Below are positions 7,690 to 18,783 of a stretch of DNA of 48,583 bases, in pieces (within the stretch, counting starts at the first letter, position 1; each line of letters begins with the position of its first letter). The translations under genes were made by a program, and so were the position numbers. Origin of the DNA: Sulfurimonas sp. (lineage in GTDB: Bacteria; Campylobacterota; Campylobacteria; Campylobacterales; Sulfurimonadaceae); the NCBI GenBank assembly GCA_027060825.1, contig JALSWC010000154.1, positions 1 through 48,583 on the forward strand, written 5' to 3'. Under the pieces are notes generated by a model. It ran no database searches. It saw only the letters and a program-made list of their open reading frames with translations, and was not told where the DNA came from.

Positions 7690-10399
7690 GGTCGTTACAG
7701 TAATAGATACATTTGGGTTCTTTTTTAGAAGTTTTTATGCACTGCCACAGCATTTGCGTACAAAAGATGGCTTTCCTACAGGACTTTTAACTGGTTTTAC
7801 AAATTTCATTGCAACTTTGGATAAAGACTATAACAGTGACTATATTATTTTTGCCATTGATTCTAAAGGAGATACTTTTAGAAATGAGATAGATGTAAAC
7901 TACAAGGCAAACCGTCAAGCTCCACCACCAGAACTGACACAACAGCTTCCTATTGCGATAGAGTGGATAAATAAAATGGGATACAAAACGCTTGGAAAAG
8001 TTGGCTTTGAAGCAGATGATATGATAGCAACCGTGGTAAATTGTGCAAAAAAACAGGGCTATAAAGTTCGTGTTGTATCGCATGATAAAGACCTCTATCA
8101 GCTTATAGATGATGATAAGGTTGTTATAGTTGATGCTATTAAACGCAAGTATATCAATGAAAAAGCTTGCTATGAAAAATATGGTGTGACACCCAAACAG
8201 TTTATTGATTATCAATCTATTTTAGGTGATAGTGCCGATAATGTCCCAGGAGTGAAGGGCATAGGAAAAGTTGGAGCAGAGAAACTTTTAAAAGAGTACA
8301 ACACGCTTGATAATGTTTATGAGCATATTGATGAGATAAAAGGTGCAATGCAGAAGAAGCTTATAGCTTCAAAAGAGCAGGCATATATGTCAAAAGAGCT
8401 TGTAACGCTTGATCCAAATGTTTTTTCTTGTGATGCATTTGATTTTGAAGAGTATAAAATGGATGTTGAAAATCCATTTTTAAATATTTATGATGAGCTA
8501 GTAAAGTATGAACAAAATGCAATATTGCGTGTTCTTCATGCAAAAAATCTTGTAAGTGATGCAAAAAAAGAAAATGCAAAAAAAGAACCAGATGCACAAG
8601 AGAGTAAAAAACTTGCATTTAAAGCAACACTTCTTACAGATGAAAAAGAGCTAAATAGAGTGCTTAATCAGCTTAAACCTGAAACAATTGTTGCATTTGA
8701 TACAGAGACAACAGGGCTTGATTATTTTAATGATAATCTTGTTGGTTTTAGTTTTTGTATGGGTAATGATGAGGCGTACTATGTACCATTTGGACACTTC
8801 TATCTGGGTGTTGAAAAACAGATTAGTCATGAAGTGGCAAAAGAGGCAATGCGTAAAATATTTGGCTCTCGTGTAGTAGGGCATAACATTAAGTTTGATT
8901 TGCATTTTGTATCGCGTTTTTTAGAAGATGACTCGCTTGATATTTACTGTGATAGTATGATTTTAGCATGGCTTATTAACCCTGAATCTGCACTCTCTTT
9001 AGATAAACTTGCAGATAAACTCCTTGATCATAATATGGTTTCATTTAAAGATACTGTAAAAAAAGGGGAGAACTTTTCTAGTGTTGCACTTGATGATGCC
9101 TGCGTTTATGCAGCTGAAGATGCTTTTATCACTTTGAAACTTTATAAACTCTTTTTACAAAAATTAGAACTTCAAGATGCAAAAAATCTTATAGATGAAG
9201 CACGAGAAGTAGAGATTCCATTTATAAAAACACTTTTAAAGATGGAAAAAGAGGGAATAGAGGTCGATACTGCGTTCTTTGAACAGTTTTTAGTTGAGGT
9301 TAAAAAGACATTAGAGGGGCTTACAAAAAGCATTTATGAGCTTGCAGGAAGTGAGTTTAACATTAACTCTACAAAACAGCTTGGTGTTGTACTTTTTGAG
9401 ACACTTGGTCTGCCTGTTGGTAAAAAGACAAAGACGGGCTACTCTACAGATGAAAAGGTTCTAAGCTCATTAAAAGAGAAGCATCCAATCATAGTCAAAC
9501 TCTTGGAGTACCGAGAGGTGCATAAACTTTACTCGACATATATTGATCCACTTTTAAAACTGGCAAATGCAAATGAGACTCATAGAATCCATACCTCTTT
9601 TGTTCAAACAGGAACAGCAACAGGACGACTAAGTTCAAAAAATCCAAACTTGCAAAACATTCCAACACGAACACCTCTTGGTGCTAAAATTCGACAAGGA
9701 TTTATTGCAGGGGAGGGTAAAAAGCTTATTGGTATTGATTACTCACAGATTGAGTTGCGTTTACTGGCTCATTTCTCACAAGATGCCGTGCTGGTAGATG
9801 CCTTTGAACATGATAAAGATATTCATCTTCAAACTGCCATTATTCTTTTTGGTGAAGAGGATGCAAAAGCAAAAAGAAGTATAGCAAAAACGGTAAACTT
9901 TGGATTACTTTATGGAATGGGACAGAAAAAACTCTCTGATACTTTGGGTATTACAACTAAAGAGGCAAAAGCAATTATAGAGAAGTATTTTGAATCTTTT
10001 CCTACAGTTAAAAGCTATTTTCGCTCTATTGTTGAGAGTTCAAAAGAGAAAGGGTATGTAGAGACATTGCTTAAACGCAGACGCTATTTTGACTATGAAA
10101 ATGCAACACCGATGTTTCGTGCTGCTTATGAGCGAGAATCTGTAAATTCTGTTTTTCAAGGGAGTGCATCAGATCTTATAAAACTAAGTATGAATAAAAT
10201 TCACAAAATTATAGGAGATGAAAATCTTAAAGCAAAAATGTTACTACAAATTCATGATGAGTTGATTTTTGAAGTGGATGCAAGTGATGCTGATATGCTT
10301 GGTACGAAGTTTCGAGATAGTATGCAGAGTATTATGGAGTTAAATGTTCCTCTAAAAGCGAGCTTGAATATTGGCGATAATTGGAGTGAATTGAAGTAA
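7682..10399 (+). CDS. polA: DNA polymerase I
   Basis: 5'-3' exonuclease (FEADD, GDSADNVPGVKGIG), FDTETTGL, TGRLSSKNPNLQNIP, DYSQIELR, LQIHDEL. Start moved to ATG 7682 (MSKVVTVID), overlapping the HDOD gene by 8 nt. Confidence 0.97.
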   Translation: MSKVVTVIDTFGFFFRSFYALPQHLRTKDGFPTGLLTGFTNFIATLDKDYNSDYIIFAIDSKGDTFRNEIDVNYKANRQAPPPELTQQLPIAIEWINKMGYKTLGKVGFEADDMIATVVNCAKKQGYKVRVVSHDKDLYQLIDDDKVVIVDAIKRKYINEKACYEKYGVTPKQFIDYQSILGDSADNVPGVKGIGKVGAEKLLKEYNTLDNVYEHIDEIKGAMQKKLIASKEQAYMSKELVTLDPNVFSCDAFDFEEYKMDVENPFLNIYDELVKYEQNAILRVLHAKNLVSDAKKENAKKEPDAQESKKLAFKATLLTDEKELNRVLNQLKPETIVAFDTETTGLDYFNDNLVGFSFCMGNDEAYYVPFGHFYLGVEKQISHEVAKEAMRKIFGSRVVGHNIKFDLHFVSRFLEDDSLDIYCDSMILAWLINPESALSLDKLADKLLDHNMVSFKDTVKKGENFSSVALDDACVYAAEDAFITLKLYKLFLQKLELQDAKNLIDEAREVEIPFIKTLLKMEKEGIEVDTAFFEQFLVEVKKTLEGLTKSIYELAGSEFNINSTKQLGVVLFETLGLPVGKKTKTGYSTDEKVLSSLKEKHPIIVKLLEYREVHKLYSTYIDPLLKLANANETHRIHTSFVQTGTATGRLSSKNPNLQNIPTRTPLGAKIRQGFIAGEGKKLIGIDYSQIELRLLAHFSQDAVLVDAFEHDKDIHLQTAIILFGEEDAKAKRSIAKTVNFGLLYGMGQKKLSDTLGITTKEAKAIIEKYFESFPTVKSYFRSIVESSKEKGYVETLLKRRRYFDYENATPMFRAAYERESVNSVFQGSASDLIKLSMNKIHKIIGDENLKAKMLLQIHDELIFEVDASDADMLGTKFRDSMQSIMELNVPLKASLNIGDNWSELK

Positions 10400-10400
10400 T

Positions 10401-10649
10401 TTATTTTGTGATTTTATAGAGAAAACTAAAAACTTCTGCAACTGCTTTATACATCTGGGGTGGAACTTCTGCATCAAGTTCCACTTTTGAGAGAAGTTCT
10501 ACTAGGTCTTCATCTTTTTTAAGTGTTACGCCATTCTCTTGTGCTATTTGTATGATTTTTTGAGCACTTTTTCCTTCGCCTTTGGCTATGACTTTTGGAG
10601 CATTATTCTTCTCATTATCGTACTGGAGTGCAACTGCTTTTTCTTTCAT
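10401..10649 (-). CDS. FlhB C-terminal-like small protein (EscU/YscU/HrcU family)
   Basis: KAVALQYD..APKVIAKG...A.KIIQIA...VPPQMYKAVAEV. Confidence 0.9.
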   Translation of the reverse strand: MKEKAVALQYDNEKNNAPKVIAKGEGKSAQKIIQIAQENGVTLKKDEDLVELLSKVELDAEVPPQMYKAVAEVFSFLYKITK

Positions 10650-11581
10650 GCTTTTACCTCAAAACCCATTTTTAAACTATCATTAGAAGTTGTATTGTAA
10701 AACTGTTCCTGCTTTGTTCTAAATCGTATCTCTTTGGTCATAATGGATGCTTGTAAAAGCTGTTTTTTAAGCATTTGCAGATTTTCTAAGATGCTTTTTT
10801 TAAGCGATTCACTCTGTGTTGTAATGTATATGCTGAGTTGATTTTTTTCAACAAGGGCTAATCTTAAATCAACTTCACCATGCTCTTTTAATTTTAGATG
10901 AATATCACAAAGGTAGTTTTTCTTTTGGAGCTTTTTTATAGTGATATTTCCCTCTTCTAATGCATCCCAAGAGTAGGGAATATAGACAGATGATGCATTT
11001 GAGAGATGTGAGACCAGTTGATTATAATCTATTGTGAGTGTAAGCTTGTCAATATGCTTTAAAATCTCTTGTGAGTTTGGAGTTGTCATTGTGGTTGAGA
11101 GTTTGTCATGTGTTTGTAAAAGGAGTGCTCTTAAATCTTGAGAGAAGAGTTCTTTTGGATTTGCACCATTTTTTATTTGATTTTCTAAAAAAACTCCTGA
11201 ATTTTTTATTTTATTTTCCAACTCTTTTGGCTCTATCTTTGTGATGTTTGTGAGGAGATTTTGGAGTGCTTTTTCTAGTTCTGTCTGTTTTGTGTCTTGT
11301 TTTAGAAGTGCAAGTAAATTTTTTATATTTGGTGTTATTTTTGAGAGAGATTGAAGGGTAGGATTATTTTTTAAAAGCTCTAAAAGAGTTCTGTTTTGTA
11401 CATCATTGGCATTACTACTCTCTTTTAAAAGCATTTTAAGAATAGAGTTTAAATCTTTTACTCCTCCAAGTTGTTGTAATTGTGTAGGAGAGGCATCTTT
11501 GAGTGCGATTGCAAGTGCTTTATTTGTAGTAGGTAACAATAATTTTAAGTTTTTGTTTGCGTTTGGAGTCAATTTTATCAT
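10646..11581 (-). CDS. FliK-like (hook-length control C-terminal domain) protein
   Basis: C-terminal IHLKLKEHGEVDLRL resembles the FliK C-domain; ATGA overlap with the FlhB-like gene. Confidence 0.65.
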   Translation of the reverse strand: MIKLTPNANKNLKLLLPTTNKALAIALKDASPTQLQQLGGVKDLNSILKMLLKESSNANDVQNRTLLELLKNNPTLQSLSKITPNIKNLLALLKQDTKQTELEKALQNLLTNITKIEPKELENKIKNSGVFLENQIKNGANPKELFSQDLRALLLQTHDKLSTTMTTPNSQEILKHIDKLTLTIDYNQLVSHLSNASSVYIPYSWDALEEGNITIKKLQKKNYLCDIHLKLKEHGEVDLRLALVEKNQLSIYITTQSESLKKSILENLQMLKKQLLQASIMTKEIRFRTKQEQFYNTTSNDSLKMGFEVKA

Positions 11582-11629
11582 AGCTAGAGTTTAGCATAGT
11601 ATAATATAGAAAAAAATAAGAGATAAGAT

Positions 11630-12058
11630 ATGAATGAAAAAATAGAAAATATATTGACAACATGGCATAAGCACTTTGAAGATGAAGCAAATCAGTACTC
11701 TGAGTTTGAACCTTCTGATGTTGAGTATTTTGTGGGATGTATGCTTTACAATCACTTTGCATTTTCAAAAGCACATCACAATTTAAAAACGATGGATTTA
11801 AGTTATGACTTTTTGTCTTCATGTGGGGAATACTATGAAGATTTTGAAAAAGAGATAGCTTCCATAAACTTTGAAAATGAGGAACAAGCCTTAGCCTTTT
11901 TGCAAGAGTATATTCAAACTTCAAAAACCAAATATACAAAACAAGAACTCTATTTGCTTGAGAGAATGGAGTACCATGTAAAAGCAATGGCTGAAAGATA
12001 CAATAAGGATGTGGAAGTAAAAAAAGTTGACTTTGAAAATCCACTTTTGAAAAAATAG
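11630..12058 (+). CDS. Hypothetical acidic protein
   Basis: 142-aa ORF with upstream TATAAT (11600-11605), 1 nt before the next gene. Confidence 0.8.
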   Translation: MNEKIENILTTWHKHFEDEANQYSEFEPSDVEYFVGCMLYNHFAFSKAHHNLKTMDLSYDFLSSCGEYYEDFEKEIASINFENEEQALAFLQEYIQTSKTKYTKQELYLLERMEYHVKAMAERYNKDVEVKKVDFENPLLKK

Positions 12059-12059
12059 T

Positions 12060-12575
12060 ATGAAAAAGTATCTTATAAGTGCTTCTCCCTCCTATTTTCA
12101 ATTACGAAAATATGTGCCTGATTTTGCACTTTATCGTGATAAAGAGAGTGAAGAGTATGCTTTTAATGCTCAGAATTTTATACAGATGTGTAAATCCATA
12201 AAATCACTTAAAGCTTTTTTACATCAAGATTATAAACTTGCCCACTCTCTAAATGCAGCAGGTGTACATTTAACATCGACACAATTTGATACAATACTAA
12301 AGGCAAAAGCACTTGGTTTAGAGGTTATAATAAGCACACATACTCATGAAGAAGTTTTTAAAGCAGAGGAGTTAGGTGCAGATTATGTAACATATAGTCC
12401 TATCTTTGCTACTCCAAATAAAGGTGAGCCAAAGGGTGTGCAGGATTTAAAAACTCTTTGCACTCAAAGTAATATGAAAATTTTTGCACTTGGTGGCATC
12501 ATTTCACAAGAACAAGTAAATGCTCTTGAAGAATGTGATGCGTATGGTTTTGCTTCTATTCGTTATTTTTTATAG
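12060..12575 (+). CDS. Thiamine phosphate synthase / TenI-like protein
   Basis: AAGVHL, STHT, GADYVTYSPIFATPNK, FALGGI. Confidence 0.85.
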   Translation: MKKYLISASPSYFQLRKYVPDFALYRDKESEEYAFNAQNFIQMCKSIKSLKAFLHQDYKLAHSLNAAGVHLTSTQFDTILKAKALGLEVIISTHTHEEVFKAEELGADYVTYSPIFATPNKGEPKGVQDLKTLCTQSNMKIFALGGIISQEQVNALEECDAYGFASIRYFL

Positions 12576-12596
12576 CGAATATTTTATAGATATCGA

Positions 12597-14552
<1,956 letters not shown>

Positions 14553-14680
14553 TTATCTTAAATTTACTAAAATTCTAAAAAATTACAAAAAGTGAAAAAT
14601 TTATAGTGAAGGAAATTAATATGGAAGGGAGAAATCTTCCTGAGCTCTTTTATAACATAAACATATATGAGAGAAGAGAC

Positions 14681-16396
14681 CTAAACAGGCTCTTCTATCG
14701 ATACAGCTTTTTTCTCATGAAACTGAAAATGAGTTTCTAAATCTGTCATATATAATAATACAGGAACAACAACAAGTGAAGCAATAACAGCTGTCACAGT
14801 ACCAAATATAAGTGCAACTCCTAGTCCACCAAATACAGCATCACTAGCAAGGAGAGTAGAAGCTAGCATAATTGCAATTGCTGTTAAGAAAATAGGTTTT
14901 GCGCGTGTTGCACTTGCATAAGCAATAGCTTCTGCTTTATGCATACCTTTTTCATCCATAAGTGCCTTTGTAAAATCAATAAGTAGTAATGAGTTACGAG
15001 AACTAATACCAATAAGGGCAATAAAACCAATCATTGATGTGGCTGTGAGGAAAAATGTATCTGTTGTAAAGAGATTCATTATAAAGTGACCAAATATCAC
15101 ACCAATAATAGATAAAAATGAGCCAAGCAAGATGATACCACTAAGGGTATAACTTTTGTAGTAGGTAACCATAAGTAAAAAGATAAGGATTAATGCGGCA
15201 ATAAACGCAGCTCCTAAGTCTCTAAAAGTATCAAGAGTTACTTTCATCTCACCATCCCATTTTAGTTGATATACATCACCTGTTTTTTTATCTTTTAATG
15301 ATAAATTAAAAAGACCTGTTTTTGTAATATCATACTCATTAGTAAAAGTTTTTAAGATTGTATCTCTTGCTTGAATGAGTGGATAGACTTGCGAAACCAT
15401 ATTCGTTTCTGCCATAACATTTGTCATTTGATGCAGATCTTTACTCATAATCTTAGGATGAGATTTTGTTGGAATAATTGTTACAAGTTCTGTAACAGGA
15501 ACCATCATCCCTTTTCTATTCATAAGTTTTAGAGATGTTAACTTCACTCTAACTGAGTCCAAATCTTTTCTCGTAAATCTTTTTGACTTTGGTGAGAGTG
15601 TTAAAAAGAGAGGAACCTGCTCATTGTATTTCGCTGAATTTTTTACAGCTATATCCATACCTTCAAAGGCAAGGTAGATAATATTGTTGAGTTGTTTTAC
15701 AGAGATTCCAGATTTAGATGCTTTTGTTGTATTGATTTTTAAATCGAAAGTAGAGTATATTTCATCTTCCATAGTATCAATATCTACGAGACCTTTTGTA
15801 GATTCAAAAACTTTTTCAACTTTGTCTGCTAATTTTCTTATGCCTTGTGCATTGTCACCATAAATTTCTGCAACAATTGCTGAAAGAGTTGGAGGGCCTG
15901 CTGGTGGCTCTACAAATGAAATATGTGTATTAGGATAGAGCTTCTCACAGGCATTTTGAATAACAGGACGCATTTTTTGAACCATCATAAATGAAGGTTC
16001 TTTTCTCTCATCTTTTTTTGTAAGATTTAAAACAATTTCTGCTACATTTTCAGAGTTTTTAAATTGACTGCCTTTAATAAGACCAGCAAAATCAAGAGGA
16101 GAACCCATTCCTAAAAATACTTCAGTATTAAGAACTTCTTTCTCTTGCACTACATAACGGCTAACACACTCAGTAACTTTTTTTGTCTGCTCAACAGAGT
16201 CTCCATTTGCAAGTGTTACATAAATATTAAATGTATCACTGTTTTTACCAGGGAGCATTTTTACTTTTACTATTTCCGTTGGGGCAATCATAAGGATAGA
16301 TACTATAAAGGCAATAAGCGTACCAAAAAGAATAAGTCTTCTTTTTGCTTTGCTCTGTATGCCTTCACGCACAAGGTTTTCAAATTTTTTAAACAT
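14681..16396 (-). CDS. RND efflux permease, C-terminal half (TM7-12) of a split AcrB/CusA-family pump
   Basis: One TM, periplasmic domain, then five TMs; GISSRNSLLLIDF (TM10), TRAKPIFLT (TM11); own AAAGGAG SD. Confidence 0.9.
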   Translation of the reverse strand: MFKKFENLVREGIQSKAKRRLILFGTLIAFIVSILMIAPTEIVKVKMLPGKNSDTFNIYVTLANGDSVEQTKKVTECVSRYVVQEKEVLNTEVFLGMGSPLDFAGLIKGSQFKNSENVAEIVLNLTKKDERKEPSFMMVQKMRPVIQNACEKLYPNTHISFVEPPAGPPTLSAIVAEIYGDNAQGIRKLADKVEKVFESTKGLVDIDTMEDEIYSTFDLKINTTKASKSGISVKQLNNIIYLAFEGMDIAVKNSAKYNEQVPLFLTLSPKSKRFTRKDLDSVRVKLTSLKLMNRKGMMVPVTELVTIIPTKSHPKIMSKDLHQMTNVMAETNMVSQVYPLIQARDTILKTFTNEYDITKTGLFNLSLKDKKTGDVYQLKWDGEMKVTLDTFRDLGAAFIAALILIFLLMVTYYKSYTLSGIILLGSFLSIIGVIFGHFIMNLFTTDTFFLTATSMIGFIALIGISSRNSLLLIDFTKALMDEKGMHKAEAIAYASATRAKPIFLTAIAIMLASTLLASDAVFGGLGVALIFGTVTAVIASLVVVPVLLYMTDLETHFQFHEKKAVSIEEPV

Positions 16397-17982
16397 TAAT
16401 GTTCTCCTTTAGTAAGGTCTGGGCGTTTGAGTATTCTTACTGCGAGGTAAGGGGTAAAAATATAGGCAACAAAAAGTGAAGCAATAAGTGCTACAGGGAC
16501 ATTTTCAGGAATTGGTTTCATAAATTGCCCCATCATTCCTCCAACAAATGCCATAGGTACCATAGTCATAATAATCGCTAAAGTAGCAATGTTTGTTGGT
16601 GCACCAATCTCATCTGTTGCTTTAACCATAAGTTCATCGTCACTAAGATGTGCCGACTCGACGGAGTGATAATGTCTATGAATATTTTCAATAACAATAA
16701 TTGCTGCATCTACTAGCAGTCCAAGTGCAAGTAAAAATGCAAAAAGTGTAATTCTATTGATTGTTTGTCCACTTAAATAGGCGACGAAAAGAGTCACTGA
16801 TAAAATAGCAGGAACGGTAAATGTAACAATGATTGACTCTCTCCATCCTAGTACAAATATAAGTAAAATAGCAATAATTGCAATTGAGAGAATTAGATGC
16901 ATCATAAGTTCATTTACTGCATCATCAGCTCTTACTCCATAATCTCTAGTAATCACATAACTAATACCATTTTTCTTTAAAACATCTTTATATTGTTCAA
17001 GACTATCTTTAACTTCATCTGCAACATTTACTGCGTTTGTACCTTTTAATTTTGATACTGTTAAGGTAACTTGATTTTCAAACTTTGAAAATTTATTTTC
17101 ACCTTCTCTCTTTGCAATAAGTGCTGATTTGAAGTTTTGAATATCATAAGAGTTTTTAACTTTTGCTACCTGTTTAAGATATATTGGAGAACCCATATAC
17201 TGTGCTACAATAATATTTCCAACATCTTGTACATTTTCAATGGCATTTTTAACTCCAAGCATAACTAGTTCGTTATTTTTTGTTCTGTCCTTAACAGCAG
17301 GTACATTATATGCAAGAGATTGCACAGCTTTCATTATTTGTCCCATTGAGAGACTATAGCCTGAAAGTTTATTAAGATCAACTTCTATATTATATTGAGG
17401 TTTATGTCCACCTTTTAAAGCAGTAACAGCAACATTTTTAAGAGCATTGATTTTTTGTTGTATTTTTTTTACTCTTTCATAGAGTTCTGTTTGATTGAGT
17501 TTTTGATTGGAATAAAATGCAACACTCATAATAGGAATATCAATATCAATATTCAATGGTTTAACAATAGGATTTTTCGCTCCTTTAGGAAACATATCTG
17601 AATTTTGCATAATTTTATCATATACTTTTAGATTAGAAGCTTCTTGTTTCTGTCCAATAAAAAATGCTGCATTGACTACCCCAACATTATCCATAGCCGT
17701 TCCATAAATATGTTGAACTCCCTTTATCTCTTTCAATTTTCTCTCTAAAGGTTGTACAATTACCTTTTCTACCTCTTTTGCAGTTGCACCAGGAAGGGCA
17801 ACAATAACAGTTGATCCACTAACAACCATTTGTGGGTTTTCATTACGAGGCATAATTTCAAGAGAAAGGTATCCCAGCACTAATAAAGAAATCCCTAAAA
17901 CAATTGTTAATGGATTTCGTAAAAAGGTTTTGGCTAGTTTCCCTGCTGAATCACTAGGTTCATAAATTTTATGATGTTTCAT
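16396..17982 (-). CDS. RND efflux permease, N-terminal half (TM1-6) of a split AcrB/CusA-family pump
   Basis: LPGATAKEVEKVIVQPLE, GLLVDAAIIVIENI (TM4), PMAFVGGMMGQF. Confidence 0.9.
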   Translation of the reverse strand: MKHHKIYEPSDSAGKLAKTFLRNPLTIVLGISLLVLGYLSLEIMPRNENPQMVVSGSTVIVALPGATAKEVEKVIVQPLERKLKEIKGVQHIYGTAMDNVGVVNAAFFIGQKQEASNLKVYDKIMQNSDMFPKGAKNPIVKPLNIDIDIPIMSVAFYSNQKLNQTELYERVKKIQQKINALKNVAVTALKGGHKPQYNIEVDLNKLSGYSLSMGQIMKAVQSLAYNVPAVKDRTKNNELVMLGVKNAIENVQDVGNIIVAQYMGSPIYLKQVAKVKNSYDIQNFKSALIAKREGENKFSKFENQVTLTVSKLKGTNAVNVADEVKDSLEQYKDVLKKNGISYVITRDYGVRADDAVNELMMHLILSIAIIAILLIFVLGWRESIIVTFTVPAILSVTLFVAYLSGQTINRITLFAFLLALGLLVDAAIIVIENIHRHYHSVESAHLSDDELMVKATDEIGAPTNIATLAIIMTMVPMAFVGGMMGQFMKPIPENVPVALIASLFVAYIFTPYLAVRILKRPDLTKGEH

Positions 17983-17993
17983 ATTTACTCTCC

Positions 17994-18782
17994 TTAGTTT
18001 ATAGATACTGTTGCATACATACCTGGATACACAGTTCTATGATGTGATTTAAAAGATATTTTTACTTTAAATGTATGCGTCATTGGATTTGAATTTGGAA
18101 TAATTGCAGTAACTTTTCCAATCTCTTGAATATGTTGTGATGGAATTTTTATAAGAACTTTTTTTCCGCGTTTAAGTAAATGTAAATCACTTTCAGCAAC
18201 TTCTAGAGAAACTTTTAAGTCAGTTAAGTCAGAAAGAATAACAGCTGGCATACCAGGCATTGCCATCTCACCTACACGAACATTCACCTTGATGACAACT
18301 CCATTATTTGGAGCAGTAATATTTAAGTATTTATATTGATTGTTTACCTCTTTGAGTCTTTCTTTCGCTTGTTCAACTTGTTTTTGAGAAATCTCAACTA
18401 AATCATGAAGATTTTTAGCTGCAAGTGCAAGATTTTCCACTTGATATTTTGCAACCATATCCTTGGCAAGAAGTCTTTTATTTCGCTCAAGATTTAATTG
18501 TATATTCGCAAATTGATTTTGGTACATTTGCAAGGAAAGTCGTGCTTGAGAAATTGCAAGCTCTACTTGTGATTTTGCTGCATCTATCTCTTTTGAATCA
18601 ATACTGTAAAGGAGTTCTCCTTTTCTAACAGAATTTCCTTCTGATACATTTACTCGTGTTACAAAGCCCATGAAACGACTTGTAATCATCTTTTTATTAT
18701 CCGATATAACTGTTCCTGAAAGAGTGAGTGTCTCTGCGATGAGTGAAGCACTGAGTGCCAGTAGTATTAGTAGTTTTTTCAT
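17994..18782 (-). CDS. RND periplasmic adaptor (membrane fusion protein)
   Basis: Lipoyl half-motifs flanking a coiled-coil hairpin, ITAPNNGVV, PGMY; lies between TolC and the RND genes. Confidence 0.92.
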   Translation of the reverse strand: MKKLLILLALSASLIAETLTLSGTVISDNKKMITSRFMGFVTRVNVSEGNSVRKGELLYSIDSKEIDAAKSQVELAISQARLSLQMYQNQFANIQLNLERNKRLLAKDMVAKYQVENLALAAKNLHDLVEISQKQVEQAKERLKEVNNQYKYLNITAPNNGVVIKVNVRVGEMAMPGMPAVILSDLTDLKVSLEVAESDLHLLKRGKKVLIKIPSQHIQEIGKVTAIIPNSNPMTHTFKVKISFKSHHRTVYPGMYATVSIN

Positions 18783-18783
18783 T

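Noticed and set aside
11520-12101. 193-aa minus-strand ORF
   Set aside because: Antisense to the 142-aa gene and overlaps two other genes; no recognisable motifs
16394-16410. RND gene as a frameshifted pseudogene
   Set aside because: Break at the domain boundary, strong SD, coupled TAATG junction and both halves intact
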